Below, piece by piece: positions 37,600 to 49,598 of a DNA stretch of 64,000 bases (position 1 is its first letter; the number at the start of each line of letters is the position of its first letter). The stretch is from the NCBI RefSeq assembly GCF_006345805.1, contig NC_043001.1:101804001-101868000 (forward strand), read 5' to 3'. This DNA is from Octopus sinensis (lineage: Eukaryota). A program made the position numbers and the translations under genes. The notes beneath the pieces were generated by a model. That model saw only the letters and a program-made list of their open reading frames with translations, had not been told where the DNA came from and made no database searches.

Positions 37600-38329
37600 C
37601 AAAGTGAAGTTGTAAGGTACTGCACGAGTGGAAATATATATGAAAGAAGGTTTGAAAAAGCAATTTTAAAGATGTTTATTCACTTGATCGGTTTCACTTT
37701 TTTTTTAAACAGATTGTCAAAAGTAAAATGTAAAGCTTTGTATAAGCTTTGTTGTGTTAAATACTGGTTGTCACAAAAGTATTAAAATACATATATACAT
37801 TCTTTGATAATAATAAGAAAATGTTAAAAACAGTTTACAAGAAAATATTCAACAAAAATTATTTGGAGTTCAATAAAAATCATGTTTGTTTGGTTGTATA
37901 TATATACACAGAAGTAGATATAAAGGAGTTTACAAAGAATTTGAGATGAACCAACCTTAGCATTTTTTATTTTGTGTGTAGCTAAGGGTTGTCCGCTATT
38001 TTAAGGGACAGTGTAGGTGGTTGGTTGGAGTGGGAGAAGGAAGAGCAATCTGAAATTAAAAGGATTTTTTGTTTCTGGGCTAGTCTGTCATGGTTCAGTG
38101 GTTTTTAGGACTGGTCTTAGAGGTCAGAATGGTGTGTGTGTCTCTGCACTTCTCTATATGTGTGTGTATACATGTGTTTGTGTTTGTGTGAGTTGACCAT
38201 TTATTGTGGTGTGTGTAAATGTGTCTGTGTGTTTTATATTTGGTAGGATGGTGTGTGTGAGAGAGAGAGAGAGTGTGTGTGTGTGAGTGAGTGTGTATGT
38301 GTGTGCGTGCATGTGTGTGTATGTGTGTG

Positions 38330-38372
<43 letters not shown>

Positions 38373-38809
38373 TGTAAAAGGACACAAAATACACAAACTC
38401 TTGAACTCCTTGTTAGAAATCTCATCACTTTTCCCATGAAGAAGAGACGAGAAGTCTGCATAGGAAAACAAATAATTTTAATTATGCCAAAGCATATATA
38501 TAGATGTGTGTGTGTGTCCATATATATATGGAAATGTATATATATACATACATATATATATAATTAATAATATCAGGGTAATAAAAACTTTTAGAAATTT
38601 TTACTACCAGTGGCCTAGTGTGTAAAAAAAATTCGTCAATAGACTATATATTATTCATATAAATACAGTGTACATTTAAACACGTAAGGAGGTAGACGTC
38701 ATAGAATTCCTTGCACGTTAGAAGGAACAGCCAAAATCCAAACCACTATTAGGGATAAACTTCAAAGGTAATGAAAACTAAAAACATTTACTATCTATCT
38801 GCCACAACT

Positions 38810-39755
38810 ACAATGTCACTTGGTTTGATGGGTCTTCTACTGAAGCATGGCATATTGTCAAAAATCTCTGTCATTTGTCATTGCCTGTGAGGACCAAAGC
38901 TTGATAGGTACCTCTTATGTGCCACCAGCATGGGCGACAGTTACATGGCACCAGCATTGGCCACGACTATGCTTTCACTTTGCTTGACAGGTTTTCTTGA
39001 ACACAGCACCTGGCCAAAGGTTTTGGTCACTAGTCATTGCCTACACAAAGCCCAGCATTCAAAGATCATGGTTTACCACTTCATCCCATGTCTTCCTGGG
39101 TTTACCTCTTCCACAGGTTCCCTTCACAGTTAAAGGTTGGCAATTTTTTACACAGCTGTTTTTGTCCATATGCATCATGTGACCCTACCAGCACAGTCAT
39201 CTCTTTTGCACACCACATCTGATGCCTCTTATGCCAAACTTTTCTCTCAAGACACTTACACCCTGTCGAACGTGCACGTGGACATTGCACATCCAACAAA
39301 GCATACCAGCTTCATTTCTTTCAAACCTATGCATGACTCCGGTGGTTACAGCCCATCTTTCACTGCGTAGCTGTTGACACACAGGCTTCATACTCTGAAG
39401 GAAAGTCCCTTTGTTGCCAACAGGGGTAGGTGCTCTCTGAACTTTTCCCAACCTATTCTTATTCTCACAGCTACACTCTCAGAGCCCCCACCTCTGCTAC
39501 TGACTTGGTCACCTAGATTACAGAAGCTATCAACTACCTCTTCTTACTTCACTGACATTTGATGGAGTCTATTTCTTGTACATTATCAGTGTTTATTGTA
39601 CCTGTGCACCTTCCACACACAAGAACTACTTCCCAATTAATCTTTCTCTGATATTGCTGCACATCTTATGTGTCCATTGCTTGCATTAAGTGCATCTTAT
39701 GGAATTTCTACCTATGCCTTTCTTATAGATCAAGCACAGCCATCTACCTGAAGGC
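38810..39755 (-). mobile_element. RTE-clade LINE 3' remnant (PHD-like finger, RT C-terminus, start of 3' UTR)
   Basis: CLIYKKGIGRNSIRCT*CKQWTHKMCS, EVVDSFCNLGDQVS, RIRIGWEKFRE, RFERNEAGMLCWMCNV..LREKFGIRGI. Confidence 0.85.
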
Positions 39756-39786
39756 ATACATATATATATATATATATATATAATAT

Positions 39787-40230
39787 AAAATAAATATAAG
39801 AGAGTGGTCACTATATGGCTCACTCTAGCACCAGTTAATCCAAAAGGTTTCAACCACAAAAATACATGTTTCCCATGAAAGTCAGTACGATTGTTAGCTC
39901 ACACGGACAGGGCAAATAAAAAATAACATTTTTTATTATTTATTATTTATTATTTGTTATTTGTTATTTTTTATTTGCCCTGTCCGTGTGAGCTAACAAT
40001 CGTACTGACTTTCATGGGAAACATGTATTTTTGTGGTTGAAACCTTTTGGATTAACTGGTGCTAGAGTGAGCCATATAGTGACCACTCTCTTATATTTAT
40101 TTTGTAAAAATATTATAATATATTATAAAATATTATAATAATCCAGGTTTCTCGGAGCACTAGGCCACTTGGTGTTGAATAGATATACTATTAAATTAGT
40201 ATCTAATTCTCTCACCCTTATTAATTAATT
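39787..40230 (+). mobile_element. Foldback element in (TA)n: 142-bp inverted arms (39787-39928 and 39962-40103) plus unpaired 3' extension
   Basis: No arm mismatch seen by eye; 33-bp (TTAT)n-rich spacer; (TA)n on both flanks. Confidence 0.75.
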
Positions 40231-40249
40231 ATATATATATATATATGTT

Positions 40250-40510
40250 GTTGTTGTTGTTTGTTCCTTCTTGAGCCACGCGTGGCTCATAGGGCCAGTT
40301 TCCCAGTTTCCATGGCATATAGGTTCCCCACTTGGATGGGCTGCCGGTCCATCGCAGGTGAGCTGAAAGAGTCAGCAGAAGTTCGCCATTACCTTCTGCC
40401 GGAGCCTAGGCGTTTTGCCCATAAACACACACATCGCCCGGTCTGAAATTCAAACCCATGATCCCTCGGCTGCAAGTCCGCTGCTCTAATCACTAGGCCA
40501 TGTGCCTCCA
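40250..40510 (-). mobile_element. tRNA-derived SINE: family D head with a Deu/Nin-like central domain and (AAC)n tail
   Basis: Minus strand GGAGGCACATGGCCTAGTG...CACCTGCGATGGACCGGCAGCCCATCCAAG...GGAAACTGGGAAACTGGCCC. Confidence 0.7.
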
Positions 40511-41060
40511 CACACACACACACACACATATATATGTATATGCCTTCAATAAATACAGTAAGTTTCTACTATGTTTTCAGGTACCAAATTCTCTTGGAAA
40601 GCTTTGGTCAGCCCAAGGCTATAGCAGATGTTTGCTCAAGGTGCCACAAAATGAGATTGACCCTTTACAATCATGTGATTGTAAAGCAAGTTCCTTAACC
40701 ACATATGTATATATAATTATATTGCTTTTTCTTTCGAAAAATTATAGAACATATATATGTCTGTGTGTGTGTGTGTGTGTGCATGAAACATCTCTGCAAA
40801 TATTTATATATATGTGTACTGTGTGTGTGTGTGTGTGTTTTCGCTTAAATAGAGAGAACAAAATCTATACAAATGATACAAAGAGGAAAAGAAATAATGC
40901 AAGCACTGAATGGCACCTTTTGATCAGACGTAGGTTAATAATTTATTAATTCTTTAATCATATATTATGAGTGTGTGTTGGGATACATAGGTATTTATAT
41001 ATCAATAACATCAACATCAATATATATATATAGGTATGTAATTACATATATATATATATA

Positions 41061-41258
41061 TCATCATCATCATCATCGTCGTTTAACGTCCGTTCTCCAT
41101 GCTAGCATGGGTTGGACGGTTCGACCGGGGTTCTGGGAAGCCAGAAGGCTGCACCAGGCTCCAGTCTAATCTGGCAATGTTTCTACAGCTGGATGCCCTT
41201 CCTAACGCCAACCACTCCGTGAGTGTAGTGGGTGCTTTTTACGTGCCACCTGCACCTG
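41061..41258 (-). mobile_element. RTE-type 3' end (family B), well preserved
   Basis: CATCGTCGTTTAACGTCCGTTCTCCATGCTAGCATGGGTTGGACGG...GGATGCCCTTCCTAACGCCAACC. Confidence 0.85.
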
Positions 41259-41259
41259 C

Positions 41260-41309
<50 letters not shown>

Positions 41310-41471
41310 TGTGTGTGTGTATGTATGTGTGTGTATGTATATTATAAATACATATAAATATATATATACATTGTATAATATGTACATTTATGCTTGTGCA
41401 TTCATGCAAAAGTGAATGTGTGTGCCTCTCTATGTGTGTATGTATGCATATATATGGTGTGTGCATGTGTA

Positions 41472-41508
<37 letters not shown>

Positions 41509-41889
41509 CTATGTATATGTATACAATAATACACGCATACACACACACAGAGTCATTCTTCTTTCTTCCTCGACTGATGCAGAGCCATCTTCCTACAGGA
41601 TTTGAAAGTTTTAGTCGCTCATAAGAATTCCAGTATTTTTTCTTAAAGCTTAGTACTTATTACATTGCTCTCTATTTGTCAAATTGTTAAGTTAATATCT
41701 CTGTGTTAGACTTCAAATTACAAGTTTATCAAAAACCTGATGCCGAAGTCCTTTCCACATGGTTTCACACAAACGGATTAAATGAAGGACCAAATGGCTT
41801 CATAGCAAATTCTTCAACCACCCAACCATTGCTCTACCTCAATATCCATTCACATATTTTGTTTCTCTCAGATTATTTATGGATGCACA

Positions 41890-42180
41890 TCACAGCATCA
41901 CAGTATTGACCAGACTATCAGATGGCGTTATACATCGTTGGGCACAAAGTGTTTCACATTGTTTTACCCTTTGAATAATGCCACTCCATTGGTTAAGTGA
42001 GAAGGCCAACATTCCTCTTAATCAGAGGCCTATTTTGTCTCAGGGTTATCCATTTACAGCTTAGTGGACTGGGGCAACATGAAATGAAGTGATTCACTCA
42101 AGAATATAACATGCTACCCAATACAGGACTCAAACGTCTTGTAATCATGGGTGTAACACCCTAATGACTAGGCTACATAC
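41890..42180 (-). mobile_element. tRNA-derived SINE: E-type head/core with a family D tail
   Basis: Minus strand GCCTAGTCATTAGGG...CACTTCATTTCATGTTG...AAAACAATGTGAAACAC...CATCTGATAGTCTGGTC. Confidence 0.6.
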
Positions 42181-42199
42181 ATAGCATAGTGTGTGTTTA

Positions 42200-42232
<33 letters not shown>

Positions 42233-42396
42233 CCCCAAATTTCCCATCTAACTTAGTATCCTAGTATACAAAACATCAGGCTCTTTAATATAATTTACCA
42301 TCTTGCAACTATGTTGGGGGCTTGTGGTTTCCTTATCCTTTTAACTACGTTGCGGGCTCGTGGTTTCCCTACCATTTTAAGTAAAACAACTTAAGT

Positions 42397-42585
42397 CAGC
42401 AATTCTCAACCATTTTAATATCTGGGCCAGATCCACAACTGGGAATATTTTAGCACCAAATAAAGTAAAACATGAACTAATTAAAAAAAACTTGATTATA
42501 ATTAAAGAGGGAAAATTGTCAGTGGCTGCCAAAAGGGTGCTTGAGTGCCACTTGAAGCCCATAGAGTCACAGATGAGAGCCACTG
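42397..42585. mobile_element. hAT (Charlie-like) MITE
   Basis: Degenerate TIRs CAGCAATTCTCAAC / GATGAGAGCCACTG; TA-centred 8-bp flanks. Confidence 0.55.
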
Positions 42586-42874
42586 GTTTAGGCAAACAAT
42601 GAAAGAACGATCAAATAAACAGGCTGTGTAAGGACTAGTTGAGTGTCAGGAGTAAATCTCTTCTGAAGTGGTGGCCATATTATTGATGTTTGGTTGGACA
42701 ATCAATGACCGATATTCTGTCGTATTACTTCCTCACATATGAAACAGCAACTCGTGACTTGTGTCTTATTTATATTCAATTAGTCATGCTAGACTATGAA
42801 CAATTTACTATCATCTGGCTAAATTCGTTATTGCAGCGGCGGGTGACTAATGGCATATATGAATACTTATAGTT

Positions 42875-43457
42875 ACACCATCAGCAGCAGCATCATCTGC
42901 ATCATCATCATCATCATCATCAACATCATTGACATCATCTGCATCATTTTCTTCATTATCATCAACATTATCAACAGTATCATCGTTATCTATATCGTCA
43001 TCAGCAGCAGCATTGTCATCATTATCGTCATCCCCCTCCTCCTCCTCCTCATCATCATCATCATCTACATCATTCTCTCCTTCATCATCATCATCATTAT
43101 CATCATCATCATCGTTGTCGTTGTCGTCATCATTATCATTATCATCACCATCATCATCATTATCATCATCATCTTCATCATCACCATCCCCATTGTCATC
43201 ATCATCATCATCATCATTATCTACACCATTTTCTCCTTCATCATCATATTCAAATTCATATTCAACATCATCGTTGTTTGTTTCTTTTCTTGTAATTACC
43301 ATGATTGTCATCATTCTCATCCTCACCATCATAATCTCTATCATCATCATCATTCTCTCCATCATCATCATCATCCTCCTCCTCCTCCTCCTCATCATCA
43401 TCATCCTCATCATCATCATCATCATCATCATCGTCGTCGTCGTCGTCATCATCATCA
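42875..43457. repeat. ~580-bp compound (ATC/TCA/TCC/TCG)n trinucleotide microsatellite
   Basis: Direct inspection; yields poly-D/S/I/H ORFs in several frames. Confidence 0.95.
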
Positions 43458-43904
43458 TATATTGGTTCGTTCTCTTTTATTCGCCAGCTCCATTTTCCTC
43501 TGAGTGTCAACCAATCCCAAATAATAATAATAATAATAATGTTTGCTGTCTTCATTATGTTGAAGCAAATCCTCAGCTTCCAAGCAAAGATTCCTTTCAT
43601 ATATGTAATAAATGTCACATGGGTTTTTTTTTTCTTCTTCCAACTCCCACATAATTGGTTCCTTTTGCTTTCCCTGAAGCTCGCTACTCTGGAACTGGGG
43701 TCTGACTCATCAAGTTTCATTCCTGTGTAAGTTATATCTTTTTTTTTTGTTGTTGTTTAACCCTAGGTTATCCAGGATCAAGTAGATCTATGATCAAAGA
43801 CATTCCAGAATCAGCCACCCTCTCTTATTTTCCAAGTATAGTACATCTACAGCTGTCTTATCCAGAATGTACATTTTCTGGGCTTTTTTTTTTAGACTAT
43901 AGGG

Positions 43905-44100
43905 TATTGGTTCTCAAAGTCAACTTCCAGGGCCTTATGCAGCCCTCAGCCATCCTTCCAACAGTCCCTGACTGACTTCCCTCAATAAAAATAATAGATT
44001 TTTCTTCATTTTGCTTGTGTTTTACTTGTTTTTGGTGCAGCTCCCTAAAAATTCCAGCTTTTGGATCTGGCCTGGAAATAAAAATCGTTGAGAACCACTG
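43905..44100. mobile_element. hAT (Charlie-like) MITE
   Basis: TIRs TATTGGTTCTCAA / TTGAGAACCACTG; imperfect 8-bp TSD CTATAGGG / CAATAGAG. Confidence 0.65.
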
Positions 44101-44447
44101 CAATAGAGTCTGATTATTGAGACTCAGATGGAATACAGCAATACCATGACTGCTGACCATTTTAGGGAACAGGTAAAGAACAGACTTTGTGACATAACTG
44201 TAATTGTTCTTGGACAATTGTAAGTTGAGGTTAGTCAATGATTGTGTGATATGAGGCAAATTTGGTTACCTATTTCTAGCTAATCAAGTACCGTTTTACC
44301 TGATTGTTCAATACCAATTATCTGTAAATTGGTATCAATAGCAGTGGCTTGGTAGGACCGATGGTGCATCGGTGATTTTGAAATATCCCTGGGGATTAAC
44401 TGATTGAATTATTAATCAGTATTAGTGCTGATCTGTAGAAGACTATA

Positions 44448-45008
44448 CAAGGTCTGATCAAAAATTATCAGAACTGGGGCTATGAAAAGGAAAAAGTACA
44501 ACACATTCCAACTTGGCATTTAATTTCCTTCAAAGTTCTCCCCTTCTGAAACCAACCATTTTATCGGCATTTTTTCCATTGGTGGAAATATTCCTGGAAC
44601 ATTTTTTTAAAGAAAGCAAGCAGCTGCCTTGTTGCATGCTCTTGGATTTCCTTGGTATCTTGAAATCATATTGGGCGGGGGAGGGGGTCTTCCAATGCAA
44701 AAGCTGAGCCTTGGTTTCAGGACCACAGCATAAGACATCCCCTGTTACAACCATTTCCAAAATGGTTTTGTCTTCCTCAACACAATCAAAAAGATTCTGC
44801 ACAGCTGAAACCTAATCATTTTGTGACAACCACACTCTACACACTTCCCTTCCAGGCATTGCTGTAAACAACACAACTAAGCAGGAACATTATAACTTAG
44901 TGGGCAGCACAGCAGACTTCGAAGCCAGTCTCAGCCAAGTGGTTTCACTCTATGTACTTTAGCTCTGTTACCATAACAACAGTTCCAATACTTTTTGATC
45001 AGACTTTG
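44448..45008 (-). mobile_element. Internally deleted mariner element
   Basis: TIRs CAAGGTCTGATCAAAAATTATCAGAACTG / CAGTTCCAATACTTTTTGATCAGACTTTG with TA TSD; remnant VVTGD....PETKAQ..HWK. Confidence 0.85.
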
Positions 45009-45589
45009 TATACCTGCTCCCAAAATAAAGTACTCCTCAAGTATTAGAGTCGTTACATAATAGAGTGTACTCACTTTAAAATAAAGCACCACCAAAGTAC
45101 TACACTTCCCTAAAAAAGTACCAACCAAGAATTAAATAATTATAAAATCAATTATATTCCTCCCTGAAAATAAACGACTATTCATGTGCTAGGAACATTA
45201 TATAATTCACTTTACCTCCTCACTCCAAAATAAAACCTGTCAAGTTTTGGGGTCATTGTATAAAACATTATATTCCCTTCCAAATCTTGGTGGTCTTGTA
45301 TATTATTTAGTAATATTATATGCATAATTCAGACAACAAGCTGACAGAGTTGGTGGGCAAAATGGGTATAGGGGTTGAATAGGTTAACTTTATGCTTTCA
45401 TAGCAAATTTCTAGCCATCTACCTTTGTAAGAAAGAATTATTTTATATTTTTTGCTCACACATATTAGTAAAATATTTTTTCTCTGCTCATAGAGAGTAT
45501 TTAAGAGTGTGTACGTGTGCCAACATTGTCCTCATACACAAAGCCGCCATTAAAATGGAAGACACTGATTTTGTACTTATTCCCGCTTC

Positions 45590-45693
45590 ATGAGCAATTT
45601 GCTGGGCTGTTACAGGATGGCCTTCCATGACTATTCACCAAACTTTCACAATTGGCTCCTCATTTCAACTTTTAGATGACTTGCCTGAGCCTG

Positions 45694-45751
<58 letters not shown>

Positions 45752-46117
45752 CTGAGGAGCAGCCATGTTTGAAGGGATTGTACCACTCCTTGATCTGAGT
45801 TTTGTCAAAGACATCCTCACCAAAAACCTGCTGAATCTCGTGGATGGTTTCAGTTTGAGTATCAGCAAGTTTGGCACAAAATTTGATGCAATACTCCTGC
45901 TTGATGCATTTGGTCATCTTGTGTGAAAATGAAAATCTGACAGGTGAACATTATATGTCTGTACTCAAGACATAACAGCTGCAAACTGATGGGGGCCTAC
46001 CAACACAAAACCTTTCACACATGTGCAGGAAGGGTGACATCACCTTCTGCCCAAAGGATTTTGCCCACTCGACACTAGTTTTGGCAAGAAAATTGGATAC
46101 TCTTTGAATGCACCTTG
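45590..46117 (-). mobile_element. Mariner 5' fragment with an expanded (GA)n inside the transposase remnant
   Basis: One TIR ending CACCTTG|TA; CIKFCAKL..TQTETIHEIQQVFGED.....IKEWYNPFKHG (HTH). Confidence 0.75.
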
Positions 46118-46271
46118 TATATGTGTGCATTATACGTGTGTGTGTGTGTGACAATATTTGCAGTTATATGTAAATATAATGTGTGTATTGTCTATGTATG
46201 TATGTATATGTAAACTGATAGGTAGATAGAGACAGATATGTATATCTACCTACACATATGCATATATACAC

Positions 46272-46314
<43 letters not shown>

Positions 46315-46859
46315 ACTATAGATAGATAGATAGAGACCGACAGATATGTATATCTATCTATGTATATGTATGTATATATACACATATGGATCTATATATA
46401 TACACACACACATACATACATACACATACATATGTGTGTATGCATGTGCATTATATGTATGTATGAGCTTTGGTGCTATTAGTGACGCACAGCTCGTGAT
46501 GTACCCAAACTCTATCTTTTTATTGGTTTATATATGATGGGGTTGAAAGGAAAGTGAGGTGAAGGATGTGAAATATGGTGAATCTAATCAAGAGGTTCCC
46601 TTTTATCGTCTTGAATGTCTGGAGGAGGAAACGAACGAAGTTTGACTGGTAATTAAAGGATTCAACTCTGATTTCATATTTTGTTTCTGTGAACTAATGA
46701 AGGGAGTGGGGCACGGCCCCTGACCTTTGCAGGTGATTCTTCACTAATGTGATAGATTAAACAGATGTCCATATGAATATCTGTCGCTTGATGTCTACTG
46801 GTAAAACAAGAGTAGAGAAGGAATCAGGTTTTTGGTGTGTGCACTTGCAACTGATTGAC

Positions 46860-47160
46860 AAAGGTGGGCAATATCAAGTGCAAAGTCAACTTCGTTAACC
46901 ATTAAACCGTTCACCAAAAAGTTAACTTTGATAACTGTGAATCGATAAACTGTTAATGCTAATTTTTATTATAGAAAAATAAAAAAAATCAGCTTTTGCC
47001 CTAAAACCACCTGGAAACACCTTTAATGAAACCCATTAACTTCAATTGAATCGAAGTTAACAGAAGTTAACTTAAGTTGACTTCAGTTAACAGAAGTTAA
47101 ATGTAATGGAAGTTAATTAGTCGGATAATGATTTCCAAAGTTAACTTAAAAGTTAAATTA
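46860..47160. mobile_element. Probable hAT-type non-autonomous fragment with subterminal AAGTTAAC repeats
   Basis: AGGTGGGCAATA start and many GTTAAC/AAGTTAA motifs. Confidence 0.45.
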
Positions 47161-47330
47161 TTAACCCTTTTGGCTGAAACTGGCTCTGGCTCTGTAGTAC
47201 AAATGTCTTGTTTTCATTAGTTTTGAATTAAAATCTTCCACCAAACCTTAGTCACTATTTATGTTCCTAACATTAGCTTAATAGTAAATTACTAAATTCT
47301 TTGTTATATTTAAAATTAATTGAAAGAAAC
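47161..47330. mobile_element. piggyBac-like MITE end
   Basis: TTAA|CCCTT terminus followed by repeat-like sequence; second end not seen. Confidence 0.4.
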
Positions 47331-47384
47331 ACACACACACACATATATATATATGTATGTATGTATATGTATATATATACATAT

Positions 47385-47690
47385 ATGTGATCACGTAACC
47401 GACCAGACCATCAGATGTTGTTACACATCGCTGGTCACAATGCGTTCGCATTATTTTAGCCTTCGAATGATGCCACACTGCTGGCTAAGCGAGCAGGCCT
47501 ACAGAAGAAAGAGTGAGAGAAAGTTGGAGCGAAAGAGTACAACAGGGATCACCACCCCCTGCCGGAGCCTCGTGGAGCTTTTAGGTGTTTTCGCTCAATA
47601 AACACTCACAACGCCCAGTCTGGGAATCGAAACCACGATCCTGTGACCGCGAGTCCGCTGCCCTAACCACTAGGCCATTGCGCCTCCACA
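47385..47690 (-). mobile_element. SINE family D
   Basis: Reverse complement of 12965-13275. Confidence 0.85.
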
Positions 47691-47729
47691 TATACATATA
47701 TGTATATATACATAAATATATATACGATG

Positions 47730-47905
47730 ATGGTAACACATAAAAGGCAGCCAGTACATTCTGTAAAGTGTTTGGCATTAGGAAGGACATCCCTACCAAA
47801 ACAGACAACTGGAGCCTAAGCTGCTCTTCAGCTGGTCAGCTCCTGTCAAACTGTCCAAACCCTGCCAGCATGAAAAGAAGACATTAAATGATGATGATGA
47901 TGATA
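47730..47905 (+). mobile_element. RTE-type 3' end (family B), degenerate
   Basis: TTGGCATTAGGAAGGACATCC...GCCAGCATGAAAAG (GAT)n. Confidence 0.7.
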
Positions 47906-49549
47906 CACTTACGCATAGACATGTCATTAAGAAGTTTGCTTTGTCCAACCTGAGTTCAATCCTAATGTGTGACATCCTGGCCATTTGTCTTCTCCTGTAG
48001 TCTTAGGTCGATGAATGTCTTGTGTGGTAACTTATCGGTCATGTACTTGCATGTGTATGTATATGTAATTATGTGTGTGTGTGTAGACATGTGAATGTGG
48101 CAGCATGTGGATATGCGTGTGTGTGAGTGTGTGTTTGTATTTATTGTCATAAATGAATGAAAATTCCTTTCAGTTATTTACTTCATAAAATGAAATTCCA
48201 AAAGGAAACATTGACCCCACATCTGTTCCCTAAATAAGGGTCGTTTCCATGAGTAGCAGGCTAAGTATAAGATTAGGTGTGATAAACTAAAACCATTGTT
48301 ATAAGTACTCCAGAATGACAATAATCCACTGAGTAAAACCAATAAAAGAGTTCCGTCTGAGATAATAATCTTGTGTTCCTTGTTAGGAGTTGTGTTCCTT
48401 GATATCTTTGAAATAAGGGAACAACATCACAAGAAATCTCAGTCGATTTTCCTTTTTTTCTTTCTCTTGTGGTTCTGTTTCTATTACAAGAATTTTAAAA
48501 AAAATATGTTTTCATATTTATTGATTGAATTTTTTTATATATATATTTGTTTGGAGTTAAATCGTTGTTGTTATATTGTTGTTGTTGTTATTTGGTATTG
48601 TTAGTGGAGTTATTTATGTTGATGTGAGGTTTGTTGCTGTATCTTGGTGTTGTTGTTGTTGTTGCTGTTGTTGTTATCACATTTTGGTTTGTGGCTTGAA
48701 GATAAAATAACAGACACAATGAGTGCAAGTAGCTATTCTAGCAGAGATTATTTCTAGCGTGTGTTTATGTATGTGTATATGCATGTATGTACCTACATAT
48801 GTACATATGTGTGTACGCATGCATGTGTGTGTGTGCATGTCCCCTACACACACACACACAGTGCACACATATACGTGTATATATATAATATTCATAAGTA
48901 GAAGCACGAGTATTTTTTTATATACATATATACATTTTTATATATGCGTGTGTGTATTTGTATATACATATAAACATATACATATATGTGTGTGTGTGTA
49001 TCTGTGTGTGTGTGTATAATATGTACATATGAATACATATATATATATATTTACATATAGATACTCACCTGTGCAAGTATGTGGGAGTATATATATATAT
49101 ATAAGCATATAAAAATATATATATATATACATATATAGATGTAGACATATATATATGTACACACATATGCATATATATATATGTGTGTGTGCATGTGCCT
49201 GTGTGTATGTATGTATGTATTTATATATATATATAAACATTAAGCAATACTTGAAGCAAAAAGTAAATACTTGCATCACACATATACACAGACACACATC
49301 CACATGCCATATACACTCCACACACACACACACATATGTACATGCACAAAAGTAACAATAAACATCAAGAACAACAACAACAAGCCATTGCTGATAACAT
49401 CTAAGGTACAAGTGTTAGAGATATCATTAAAGAAATTCTTAGAGATTCCTATCAGATCTTAGCACTTTGCTTAGGATAAGACACAGAGACTTAGTGAATT
49501 ATATTGCAGCTATTTTGATGCTGCTGCTGCTGCTGTTGTTGTTGTTGTT

Positions 49550-49598
<49 letters not shown>

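Noticed and set aside
42847-43654. 200-240 aa poly-D/E, poly-S and poly-I/H ORFs
   Set aside because: A trinucleotide microsatellite lacking stops in overlapping frames on both strands; not evidence of an acidic or Ser-rich protein.
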